This document shows positions 57,650 through 64,000 of a stretch of DNA of 64,000 bases, piece by piece. The translations under genes were made by a program, and so were the position numbers. Position 1 is the stretch's first letter. Every line of letters begins with the position of its first letter. The DNA is from a bacterium. GTDB taxonomy: Bacteria > Patescibacteriota > Minisyncoccia > Phycocordibacterales > UBA6899. Where the stretch lies: assembly GCA_021851895.1 (NCBI GenBank), contig JAJZQJ010000005.1:14572-78571 (forward strand), written 5' to 3'. Below the pieces are notes generated by a model. That model searched no databases. It saw only the letters and a program-made list of their open reading frames with translations, and was not told the origin of the DNA.

Positions 57650-58111
57650 TTACATTGTCGATCCATCCTCGATCTTGTGATCGGGGCGTAATTCCGCAAA
57701 AGATGCCCTTTGCTTCTTCTCGACGAGTGGTTCATGGACTGCTCGACGGTGTGCAACCTTCTGACGAAATTCCTCTTTGTGCTCTACGATACGCTTGAGG
57801 AAAAACGACACTGCACCACCATGCGGAACCGCCGGATAACCGAAGAGTCGCGCATACGTCCTATCTCGCATAGCGAGCATTCGAGCGAGGACATGCGTCG
57901 TTGCGTTATGGACATAAGGCATGAAATCATGCCACAGGTCTACAAGCGCGTGGATGATATCCTGATAGGTCAAGATATAGAGATCCCACCAAGATGCAGG
58001 AATTCCACGCGAAGATGACACGCGTGACGAGCGTACTCCGAAAAGCGCCGCAACGAGAGTGCTGAGCACAAGGAGCAAGCCGACGACCCAAATTGTGATG
58101 AGAGATGTCAT
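57650..58111 (-). CDS. Membrane-anchored hypothetical protein (153 aa)
   Basis: N-terminal TM helix then a soluble domain. Preceded by structured-repeat copy 2. Confidence 0.45.
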   Translation of the reverse strand: MTSLITIWVVGLLLVLSTLVAALFGVRSSRVSSSRGIPASWWDLYILTYQDIIHALVDLWHDFMPYVHNATTHVLARMLAMRDRTYARLFGYPAVPHGGAVSFFLKRIVEHKEEFRQKVAHRRAVHEPLVEKKQRASFAELRPDHKIEDGSTM

Positions 58112-58152
58112 ATTTTTTTCCCCTCTTAGATGTGCAACACACTAAGAATGAG

Positions 58153-58262
58153 GATTTTTGGACGCAGGTTGCCATGCTAGAGACTCACGAACGCTAGCGA
58201 GATGGGCTCGGTGCCCATTGAGCGAGTCGTGAGTTGAAGCATGGTAAGATGCACCAAAAAGA
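58153..58262. repeat. Structured intergenic repeat family, copy 2
   Basis: ttttggacgc-caggttgccatgct ... agcatggtaagatg-gcaccaaaaa, with core cgaacgctagcgag-[atgggc..gcccat]-tgagcgagtcgtgag. A G.U wobble only makes sense on the plus strand. Confidence 0.5.
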
Positions 58263-58270
58263 CCATTCAG

Positions 58271-58870
58271 TTACTTGCCAACGACGAAGCGAGAAAAACG
58301 TGCGAGCTCAGTCTTTTCTCCGAACTTCTGTACTGCACCCTCGATGAGCTGCGCGATCGTAATGTCCGGATTTTTTACATAAGGCTGCTTCATAAGCACC
58401 TGCTCTGCAAAGTATGCTGAGATCTTTCCATCGAGAGCCTTCTGCTTGATCTCCTCTGGCTTCCCTGCCATCTGCTTATCTACCTCCTCCTTGAAGAATT
58501 CGATAGCCTTTGCGCGCTCTACCTCCTGGATATCTTCCTCAACGCGGTACTTCGGAGCGACTGCTGCGACATGCATAGCAATATCATATGCGAGCTGCTT
58601 GAAATCCTCGTTCTTCGCGACGAAATCCGTCTCACAATTGAGCTCTACCATCGCACCGACGGTGGAATTGCCGTGAATATATGCTGCGACGACACCTGAA
58701 CCAAGCGTACGGTCCGCCTTCTTCGTAGCGATCTCCGCAGACTTCTTGCGAAGTGCGATGCGTGCCTTCTCCATATCACCGCCCGCGTCCTCAAGTGCCT
58801 TCTTGCACTGCATGATCGCGACATTCGTCTCGTCACGCAACTGCTTCACCATGTCCATGCTGATTTCCAT
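58271..58870 (-). CDS. tsf: Elongation factor Ts
   Basis: N-terminal UBA-like MVKQLRDETNVAIMQCKKALEDAGGDMEKA plus the dimerisation core. Confidence 0.85.
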   Translation of the reverse strand: MEISMDMVKQLRDETNVAIMQCKKALEDAGGDMEKARIALRKKSAEIATKKADRTLGSGVVAAYIHGNSTVGAMVELNCETDFVAKNEDFKQLAYDIAMHVAAVAPKYRVEEDIQEVERAKAIEFFKEEVDKQMAGKPEEIKQKALDGKISAYFAEQVLMKQPYVKNPDITIAQLIEGAVQKFGEKTELARFSRFVVGK

Positions 58871-58924
58871 AGAAATTTAATTTAATGGCAAAAACGGCAA
58901 CGCCATTTTCACCGAAGATCTAAT

Positions 58925-59074
58925 TTTTTGGAGTTACTCTTTGCAACTCTTTTTTAGCGAGGATTTCGGGATGAGATTTGCCGTGCCGGAGGTGTGCGAA
59001 CTCTAGTGAGCCGTACGGGTTGTACGGTGAACGAGTCGCATGCCGAAGCACGGTAAAGATCGCCCGAAATAACG
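58925..59074. repeat. Structured intergenic repeat family, copy 3 (in the rpsB-tsf spacer)
   Basis: gatttcggg-atgagatttgccgtgcc ... gcacggtaaagatc-gcccgaaat. The arm gccgtgc/gcacggt carries compensatory changes relative to gccatgc/gcatggc in copies 1 and 2. Core gcgaactctagtgagc-[ccgtac..gtacgg]-tgaacgagtcgcatg. Confidence 0.5.
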
Positions 59075-59081
59075 CTAAAAA

Positions 59082-59774
59082 CTACTTCTGGGCGATACCA
59101 GCCTTCAACGATGTGGCTACAGTATCAAGGAAATACTTCACGCTCTCACGTGCTGAATCATTTGCAAGCACTGGGAATGCGATCTTTGAGATATCGTTAT
59201 CTGTGTTCGCGAGTGCGATCACTGGGATGCGAAGCTTTATCGCCTCAGTGACAGCGATCTCCTCTGCACGTGCGTCAACGACGACAACAGCTGCAGGAAG
59301 AGACTCGAGTGCTGCGATGCCACCGAAGTCTGCTTTCAGGCGAGTAAGCTCGCGCTCAAGCATGAGTCGCTCTTTCTTCGTATACTTTTGCACGAGATCA
59401 CCCTTAGCAAACTGCTCAGTGAGATTCTTCATGCGTGCGATACGCTTCTTGATCTCTACGAAATTCGTAAGCGTACCTCCGAGCCAACGGCTTGCGACGT
59501 ATGGCATCGAGACGATCGTTGCTGCATCGACAACGAGATCTGCGATCTCCTTCTTTGCACCTACGAAGAGCACGGTCTTGCCCTGCTTTCCGAGTTCACG
59601 AACGGCTGCGCTCGCAGCTTCGAGCTGCTTTGCGGTCTTTGTAAGATCGATGATGTCTACGCCATTCTTTGCGCCAAACAATTGTGAGCGCACAGAGGCA
59701 TGGCGGCGAGGGCGCCCATATCCAATGTGCGCACCGGCATTAAACAAAGCATCAATTACGGTATTTTCTGACAT
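59082..59774 (-). CDS. rpsB: 30S ribosomal protein S2
   Basis: Start at MSENTVIDALFNAGAHIGY with RBS agaggaaag. S2 family throughout. Confidence 0.85.
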   Translation of the reverse strand: MSENTVIDALFNAGAHIGYGRPRRHASVRSQLFGAKNGVDIIDLTKTAKQLEAASAAVRELGKQGKTVLFVGAKKEIADLVVDAATIVSMPYVASRWLGGTLTNFVEIKKRIARMKNLTEQFAKGDLVQKYTKKERLMLERELTRLKADFGGIAALESLPAAVVVVDARAEEIAVTEAIKLRIPVIALANTDNDISKIAFPVLANDSARESVKYFLDTVATSLKAGIAQK

Positions 59775-59905
59775 ATTCTTTCCTCTATTGTTTTTTTGAT
59801 AATGGAGTAAGACTAACACATTTATCCAGACTTTGCAACATTTTTTGACCAACAGCCAAAGACGAAAAAGCGCTCGAATGAGCGCTTTTTCCGAGTGACA
59901 CCCAA

Positions 59906-61087
59906 TTAAAGATTCGAGACGCGTTCCCCGAATTTAAGACTGTATTTCTTGTTTTGGGACTGTTTCTTGAGCAATTTATCCATCGCCCACGTCAGCGTGA
60001 ACAATATAAGGAAATATATCGCTCCCGAGCGGCTGATTGAGGGCAACTTATTCGCAGAAAGGTAACCAAGAACACCTGAGATCACACCAATACTCGTGAT
60101 CGTCTGCAGTGACTTGAGATTATTGCTCGTACTCTGACTCTTGATCTCAACGAGGTTGCCGATCGCTGAAGACAGGTAGTCCTTGGTCATCTTCCAGATC
60201 TCTTTGATATACGCGAGCGTATCCGTAAGTGTCTCAAACTTGTACTCAAAGAGAGAAACGAGGTCTTTCTCTATATCGAGGTGTTTTGCGATCGACGACC
60301 GTGTATTCACATATGAACCCATCTGATTGATACGATTCTCGATGAGGCTAATGGTCTTCTGATACCCATCAAGCCTCCCACGAATCCCCTCGACGTCCTT
60401 CCCTTTTACCGTCTGTGCCTCTTTGACCTCAGAGATCTCCTCCCAAATAGAGCGATGGATCGCGAGGTACTTTTCGAGTTGATCCTTGAACTCCCTGAAG
60501 AAGATCTGCGTTTCGATCAGATTGGTCATTGACTCGTTCTTTTTACCTCCCACGCTAACGAAGATATATTTCGGAGTCTTGAAGACAGTGATACTACTGC
60601 TCGAGAACTTTGCATACACTTTACCGAATATGGACTCGTCAGGCGCAAACTGCTTTATTTTATTCTCATAAGTACTTACCACAATAGGATGGATGGTCTT
60701 GATGTTTGCCAACACCTTCGGAGTCGGAGCGCCCAAAGAGAAAATATAAGATATTGCTGGATTGAACTTCAGATCGAGATAATCTTTGAGCTCATGTTCT
60801 GTTTCCGCGATATCATCTGTACTTTTCTCCAAAATATAGAGCCCATCCTCATAGTAACGGATCTCGATACCCGTAGATGTTATCGCCTTTACGTATTCAA
60901 GAGAGCTCGATTCCCTCGTCACCTGTACGAGATCGAGATCGGTTTGCAACCGCTTCAACTCATCTTTCGACAGTTCAAGGTGCGAATATCCGTTTGCGAA
61001 AAGATTATAGACCTCGCTCATGTGCAACGTCGTACGCTGGTACCACCCCCCATAAGTGATTGTGTATTTATTTTCTGGAATTGACAT
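59906..61087 (-). CDS. Hypothetical protein, AT-rich gene with two C-terminal TM helices
   Basis: 393 aa. Markedly lower GC than its neighbours. Helical N-terminal region and a C-terminal TM hairpin. No family recognised. Confidence 0.5.
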   Translation of the reverse strand: MSIPENKYTITYGGWYQRTTLHMSEVYNLFANGYSHLELSKDELKRLQTDLDLVQVTRESSSLEYVKAITSTGIEIRYYEDGLYILEKSTDDIAETEHELKDYLDLKFNPAISYIFSLGAPTPKVLANIKTIHPIVVSTYENKIKQFAPDESIFGKVYAKFSSSSITVFKTPKYIFVSVGGKKNESMTNLIETQIFFREFKDQLEKYLAIHRSIWEEISEVKEAQTVKGKDVEGIRGRLDGYQKTISLIENRINQMGSYVNTRSSIAKHLDIEKDLVSLFEYKFETLTDTLAYIKEIWKMTKDYLSSAIGNLVEIKSQSTSNNLKSLQTITSIGVISGVLGYLSANKLPSISRSGAIYFLILFTLTWAMDKLLKKQSQNKKYSLKFGERVSNL

Positions 61088-61214
61088 TTAAATCAATTAT
61101 ATGACAGAAAGAACTAAATGCAATTTTTTTTCATTTACATCTGAGTACCAAAAAATCAGAAATGAAGAATGTCATTCTGCCTAAGGTGCTCCATAAGAGC
61201 GAGTGCTTCTCATC

Positions 61215-61460
61215 TCAAGCTCTATTCGCCCTTCTTCTCTCGCTGATGATGGCATAGGCGTAAAGATCCTCTACCTTTTGACGCGCCCAAGGGGTCCTCC
61301 GAAGAAAAGTAAGGCTTGATTTGACGCTCGGATCATTCGCGAAACAGTTGATACGAATACGTTTTGCGAGCTCTTCCCACCCATAGCGTGCCACCAAAAA
61401 CTCCAGGACATCCTGGAGTGTGACACCTTGAAATATGTCGTTTTGGTTTTTTCTGCTCAT
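61215..61460 (-). CDS. DUF2132 (VF530-like) small protein
   Basis: GVTLQDVLEFLVARYGWEELAKRIRINCFANDPSVKSSLTFLRRTPWARQKVEDLY resembles the VF530/DUF2132 family. Confidence 0.45.
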   Translation of the reverse strand: MSRKNQNDIFQGVTLQDVLEFLVARYGWEELAKRIRINCFANDPSVKSSLTFLRRTPWARQKVEDLYAYAIISERRRANRA

Positions 61461-61463
61461 AGA

Positions 61464-62450
61464 TCAATCCCCATCATCATCAGCACTCCCAAGGTTTCCC
61501 GAAAGAGCACGATCGCGAACGGTTTCGGCGATACGGCCGAAATCGCCCGCAAGAATGGACTCGATTCCATGCCATGATTCCTTAATGCGATGATCAGTGA
61601 CACGATCCTGGAGAACATTATACGTACGGATCTTTTCCGAACGATCTCCAGTACCTACCGCGGAGCGAATCTCTGCATTCTTCGCAGCATTCTTCTCCTC
61701 TTCGAGCTGCTCCACCTTCGCAGCGAGAATCGTGAATGCCTTCTCGCGATTCTTGAGCTGTGAGCGCTCCACTGCACAGTGGACATGTATACCCGTCGGC
61801 TTATGGAAGAGGTGCACTGCAGTCTCAACCTTATTCACATTCTGACCTCCTGCACCGCCCGCACGTGCGAACTGCATCTCGACGTCAGCGGGATTGATGA
61901 CGACCTTCGCCTTTTTGCGAATAGGCAAGACGAGCACAGAAGCCGTTGAAGTATGCACCCTACCCTGCTTCTCTGTTGCTGGTATGCGCTGCACACGATG
62001 CACACCCGTCTCGTAACGAAGGAGATCGAATGCATCACTTCCCGTGATCTCAAAGCTTGCCTCCTTATATCCGCCCATCTCTGCCCTACTCTCATCGACG
62101 ACCTCAAAACGCCATCCGCGCTGTTTTGCAAATGCTTGATACATGAGTGCGAGATCCTCCGCGAAGATCGCAGCCTCTTCGCCGCCAACGCCTGCACGAA
62201 CCTCAAGCACAAGCTCTCGAGGCTTTTCTTCTTCTGCTTCTGCGTCCTTTTGTATCTTTACAAGCCTCTCATAGAGCTCAGACATCGCAGCATCGAGCGC
62301 ACTCGCATCCTCTCGGGCCATATCAGCCATCTCGGGATCAGAAAGCAACGCATCGAGTTCGGTGCGCTCCTTCTGCATGCGCTCAAAGTCCTCTGCGAGA
62401 TACTTCGTGCGGTAATCGTCTTTGAATGGGGTGAGGTCGTAGTCTTGCAT
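61464..62450 (-). CDS. prfA: Peptide chain release factor 1
   Basis: GGQ motif ([12 protein letters not shown]) and RF1-type PAT tripeptide. Start at MQDYDL; the longer ORF only reads through the heptamer array. Confidence 0.85.
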   Translation of the reverse strand: MQDYDLTPFKDDYRTKYLAEDFERMQKERTELDALLSDPEMADMAREDASALDAAMSELYERLVKIQKDAEAEEEKPRELVLEVRAGVGGEEAAIFAEDLALMYQAFAKQRGWRFEVVDESRAEMGGYKEASFEITGSDAFDLLRYETGVHRVQRIPATEKQGRVHTSTASVLVLPIRKKAKVVINPADVEMQFARAGGAGGQNVNKVETAVHLFHKPTGIHVHCAVERSQLKNREKAFTILAAKVEQLEEEKNAAKNAEIRSAVGTGDRSEKIRTYNVLQDRVTDHRIKESWHGIESILAGDFGRIAETVRDRALSGNLGSADDDGD

Positions 62451-62451
62451 A

Positions 62452-62493
62452 GTGAGAAGTGAGAAGTGAGAAGTGAGAAGTGAGAAGTAAGCC
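62452..62493. repeat. Heptamer tandem array (GTGAGAA)x5 + GTAAGCC, family B, abutting the prfA ATG
   Basis: On the minus transcript this reads (TTCTCAC)x5 followed by T and the ATG. Confidence 0.85.
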
Positions 62494-62562
62494 CACACCG
62501 CACTTATCACTTTATTCTGTCACAATTGAGTGAAAAATAAAAAGGAACAGAAAATAAGTTCC

Positions 62563-62621
62563 GGGTATTGGGTATTTCCCTATTCCCTATTCCCTATTCC
62601 CTATTCCCTTCTTATTACTTC
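62563..62621. repeat. Composite heptamer array (GGGTATT)x2 + (TATTCCC)x5 + TTCTTAT-TACTTCT, covering the rpmE stop codon
   Basis: On the minus transcript: AAG-AAG-TAA-TAAGAAG-(GGAATAG)x4-GGAAATACCCAATACCC. A-family and B-family units are adjacent. Confidence 0.8.
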
Positions 62622-62854
62622 TTTGCTGTCTTCTTTGCTGCAGTCTTTGCTGCGGTAGCGGCAACACGTGCCTTGAACTTCTCCATGCGGCCTGCGGTGT
62701 CCATCACCTTCTCCTGGCCGGTGAAAAGTGGATGGCACTGCGAACAGATCTCAATGTTGAGCTCCTGTGAAGGAGAACCAACGGTGAACTCTGCACCACA
62801 AGCACAAGTTACCTTTGCCTGCTCGAAGTACTTTGGGTGGATATCCGTCTTCAT
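62615..62854 (-). CDS. rpmE: 50S ribosomal protein L31 (Zn-ribbon type)
   Basis: MKTDIHPKY...CACGAEF...CSQCHPLFTG. Confidence 0.8.
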   Translation of the reverse strand: MKTDIHPKYFEQAKVTCACGAEFTVGSPSQELNIEICSQCHPLFTGQEKVMDTAGRMEKFKARVAATAAKTAAKKTAKK

Positions 62855-62923
62855 AGTGTGGCTACTTTAACATAATGCTCATAAAATAGCAAGAAGTGGC
62901 ATACCCAAAAGGAGTAGAAAGTA

Positions 62924-62954
62924 TTGACATTTCAATAAAATATTGTATTATAAT
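62924..62954 (+). promoter_or_regulatory. Sigma70-like promoter (TTGACA ... extended -10 tgtATTATAAT)
   Basis: ttgaca at 62924-29 and attataat at 62947-54. The downstream gene has a ggagg RBS. Confidence 0.45.
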
Positions 62955-62985
62955 TACAGTTGCACTTTCGCAACATGGAGGTTCC

Positions 62986-63720
62986 ATGCGTCTCGTTCTG
63001 CTTCTGCTTTTCGTCGTGCCAACCCTGCTCCACGCGGATGACCACGACCTCAACATCACCACAAGTGGTGCCAAGACCAAGGTGACCACGATCGACGGCC
63101 CCGCGACCGAAGCGCAGTCCTCATCGAACTTCAGCATCTCCTACAAGGGCTTCTCCGCGAAATACGAGAAGACACTCTTCGAGCGGAACTACGCCGAGAT
63201 CGGCCTCGTACATGAGTACGGGTTCAGCATTTCGGGGTATTCCTACACCGAGCTGCGCACGAACGGCGTGCGCATCGGCTACAAGTACGATGATGGGCAG
63301 ACCCAATGGTCACCGTTCATCATCGCCTCCGTGCAGCGCGCGAGCAGCGAATACGTGAGCGGCATCCAGCCGCGCAATGACTTCGGCGGCACGATCGGTC
63401 TCGCGTTCTCGTTCACCCACGAGAACGTGCTCACCCTCTCCCTCTTCCGGGAGTTCGTGAAGAATCCCGTCTCGCTGACAACACTCGAATATACGTTCGA
63501 GAGCTCGCAAATCTACGGTGAGGCAAAAGTCGGCCTCGCCGTCGGAAACGCGGCCCGAAGTCAGCAGGACACGCGCCGATACGTCAACTGGAAGGGGTTG
63601 ATCGGATACCATCTGAACGACCACTTCTCCGCGTTCGCCTATTCGGAGTCGACCCGCTACCGAGACTTCCTGCTCCTCGAACAGGAACAAACGGGGATCG
63701 GCGTCAAAACGACCTTCTAA
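62986..63720 (+). CDS. Secreted hypothetical protein, GC-rich gene
   Basis: Signal peptide MRLVLLLLFVVPTLLHA. Beta-rich, with noticeably higher GC than its neighbours. Confidence 0.5.
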   Translation: MRLVLLLLFVVPTLLHADDHDLNITTSGAKTKVTTIDGPATEAQSSSNFSISYKGFSAKYEKTLFERNYAEIGLVHEYGFSISGYSYTELRTNGVRIGYKYDDGQTQWSPFIIASVQRASSEYVSGIQPRNDFGGTIGLAFSFTHENVLTLSLFREFVKNPVSLTTLEYTFESSQIYGEAKVGLAVGNAARSQQDTRRYVNWKGLIGYHLNDHFSAFAYSESTRYRDFLLLEQEQTGIGVKTTF

Positions 63721-63754
63721 ATCCCCCGCCACAATAGTGGCGGGTTTTCATATA

Positions 63755-63781
63755 AAAAAACGACCATTGGTCGTTTTTTTA
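63755..63781. terminator. Bidirectional Rho-independent terminator
   Basis: aaaaacgacc-att-ggtcgttttt. Confidence 0.6.
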
Positions 63782-64000
63782 TTCAAGTATTGCCTTGATG
63801 CGGCGAATACCACTCGACGAAGCTTCTTCCTTCGTGATCTTGAAATGCCCAAGGACTCCGGTGTGCTCCACGTGTGGACCGCCACAGAATTCTATAGAGA
63901 AACGCTCATCGCCCTTCCCTATTTCATACACGCGCACGATGTCGCCATATTTATCCCCAAAGAGACCACGTGCGCCACGCGCCTCTGCCTCTTCCTTCGG
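63779..64000 (-). CDS. C-terminal part of an AlaX/AlaRS editing-domain-like protein (5' end outside window)
   Basis: Minus-strand translation ...[37 protein letters not shown] has the CGG(T/P)HV Zn motif and SGIRRI(E/K)A of the alanyl-tRNA editing and second additional domain. Confidence 0.45.
   Translation of the reverse strand, partial: PKEEAEARGARGLFGDKYGDIVRVYEIGKGDERFSIEFCGGPHVEHTGVLGHFKITKEEASSSGIRRIKAILE

Noticed and set aside
58153-59074. Hammerhead or other small self-cleaving ribozyme in the structured repeats
   Set aside because: The CUAG-N2-AG / GARCGAG core does not match the CUGANGA...GAAA hammerhead consensus or any other ribozyme core I can recall. Covariation supports a structure but not a specific known family.
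58978-59799. 273-aa plus-strand ORF
   Set aside because: Antisense to rpsB (S2); low-complexity Ser/Ala/Arg composition.

Overview
This 64 kb window is a gene-dense bacterial chromosome segment with GC near 50%. Several features loosely suggest a small-genome Candidate Phyla Radiation (Patescibacteria)-like organism, but that is inference only: short PheS and PheT, many large Ser/Thr-rich surface proteins, dockerin modules, frequent promoters right at the start codon, and Rho-independent terminators everywhere.

Housekeeping genes recognised from motifs:
- prmC, a TrmA/RlmD-family RNA methyltransferase, and two tandem guanylate-kinase paralogs.
- A cyclophilin, two thioredoxin-fold proteins (one next to a DsbB-family oxidoreductase, one DsbA-like) and two orphan receiver-domain proteins.
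- A MacB/FtsX-type ABC transporter pair divergent from a histidine-kinase-like gene.
- Nudix and DJ-1/PfpI enzymes, an RRM RNA-binding protein, engB, and hisS.
- The sufB-sufD-sufC-DUF59 operon.
- gyrB, pheS, pheT, tRNA-Thr(UGU), tsf, rpsB, prfA, and rpmE.

Two long minus-strand clusters (9.8-16.9 kb and 36.5-49.5 kb) encode cell-surface proteins. They include a 1788-aa giant protein and a TolB/WD40-like propeller protein.

What the gene calls do not explain:
1. Heptanucleotide tandem arrays of two sequence families, GGGAATA and GTGAGAA/GTAAGAA, plus their complements. They sit exactly at stop and start codons of translation-apparatus genes (engB/hisS, pheS/pheT, rpmE/prfA). At two loci they form perfect ~30-35 bp inverted pairs. 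One pair encloses a four-helix-bundle gene of the 23S-rRNA intervening-sequence protein family, inserted between pheS and pheT. The architecture resembles an rRNA intervening sequence moved into mRNA.
2. A family of at least 5 (possibly 8) structured intergenic repeats with conserved cores and compensatory base changes in their stems. They are a small RNA or a MITE-like element.
3. tRNA-Thr carries tandem and inverted partial copies of its own 3' end and a GC-rich structured remnant beside it, which looks like an integration hot-spot scar.
4. Three perfect DnaA boxes plus an AT-rich unwinding tract lie next to gyrB, a candidate oriC.

No rRNA, CRISPR array, transposase or integrase gene was recognised.
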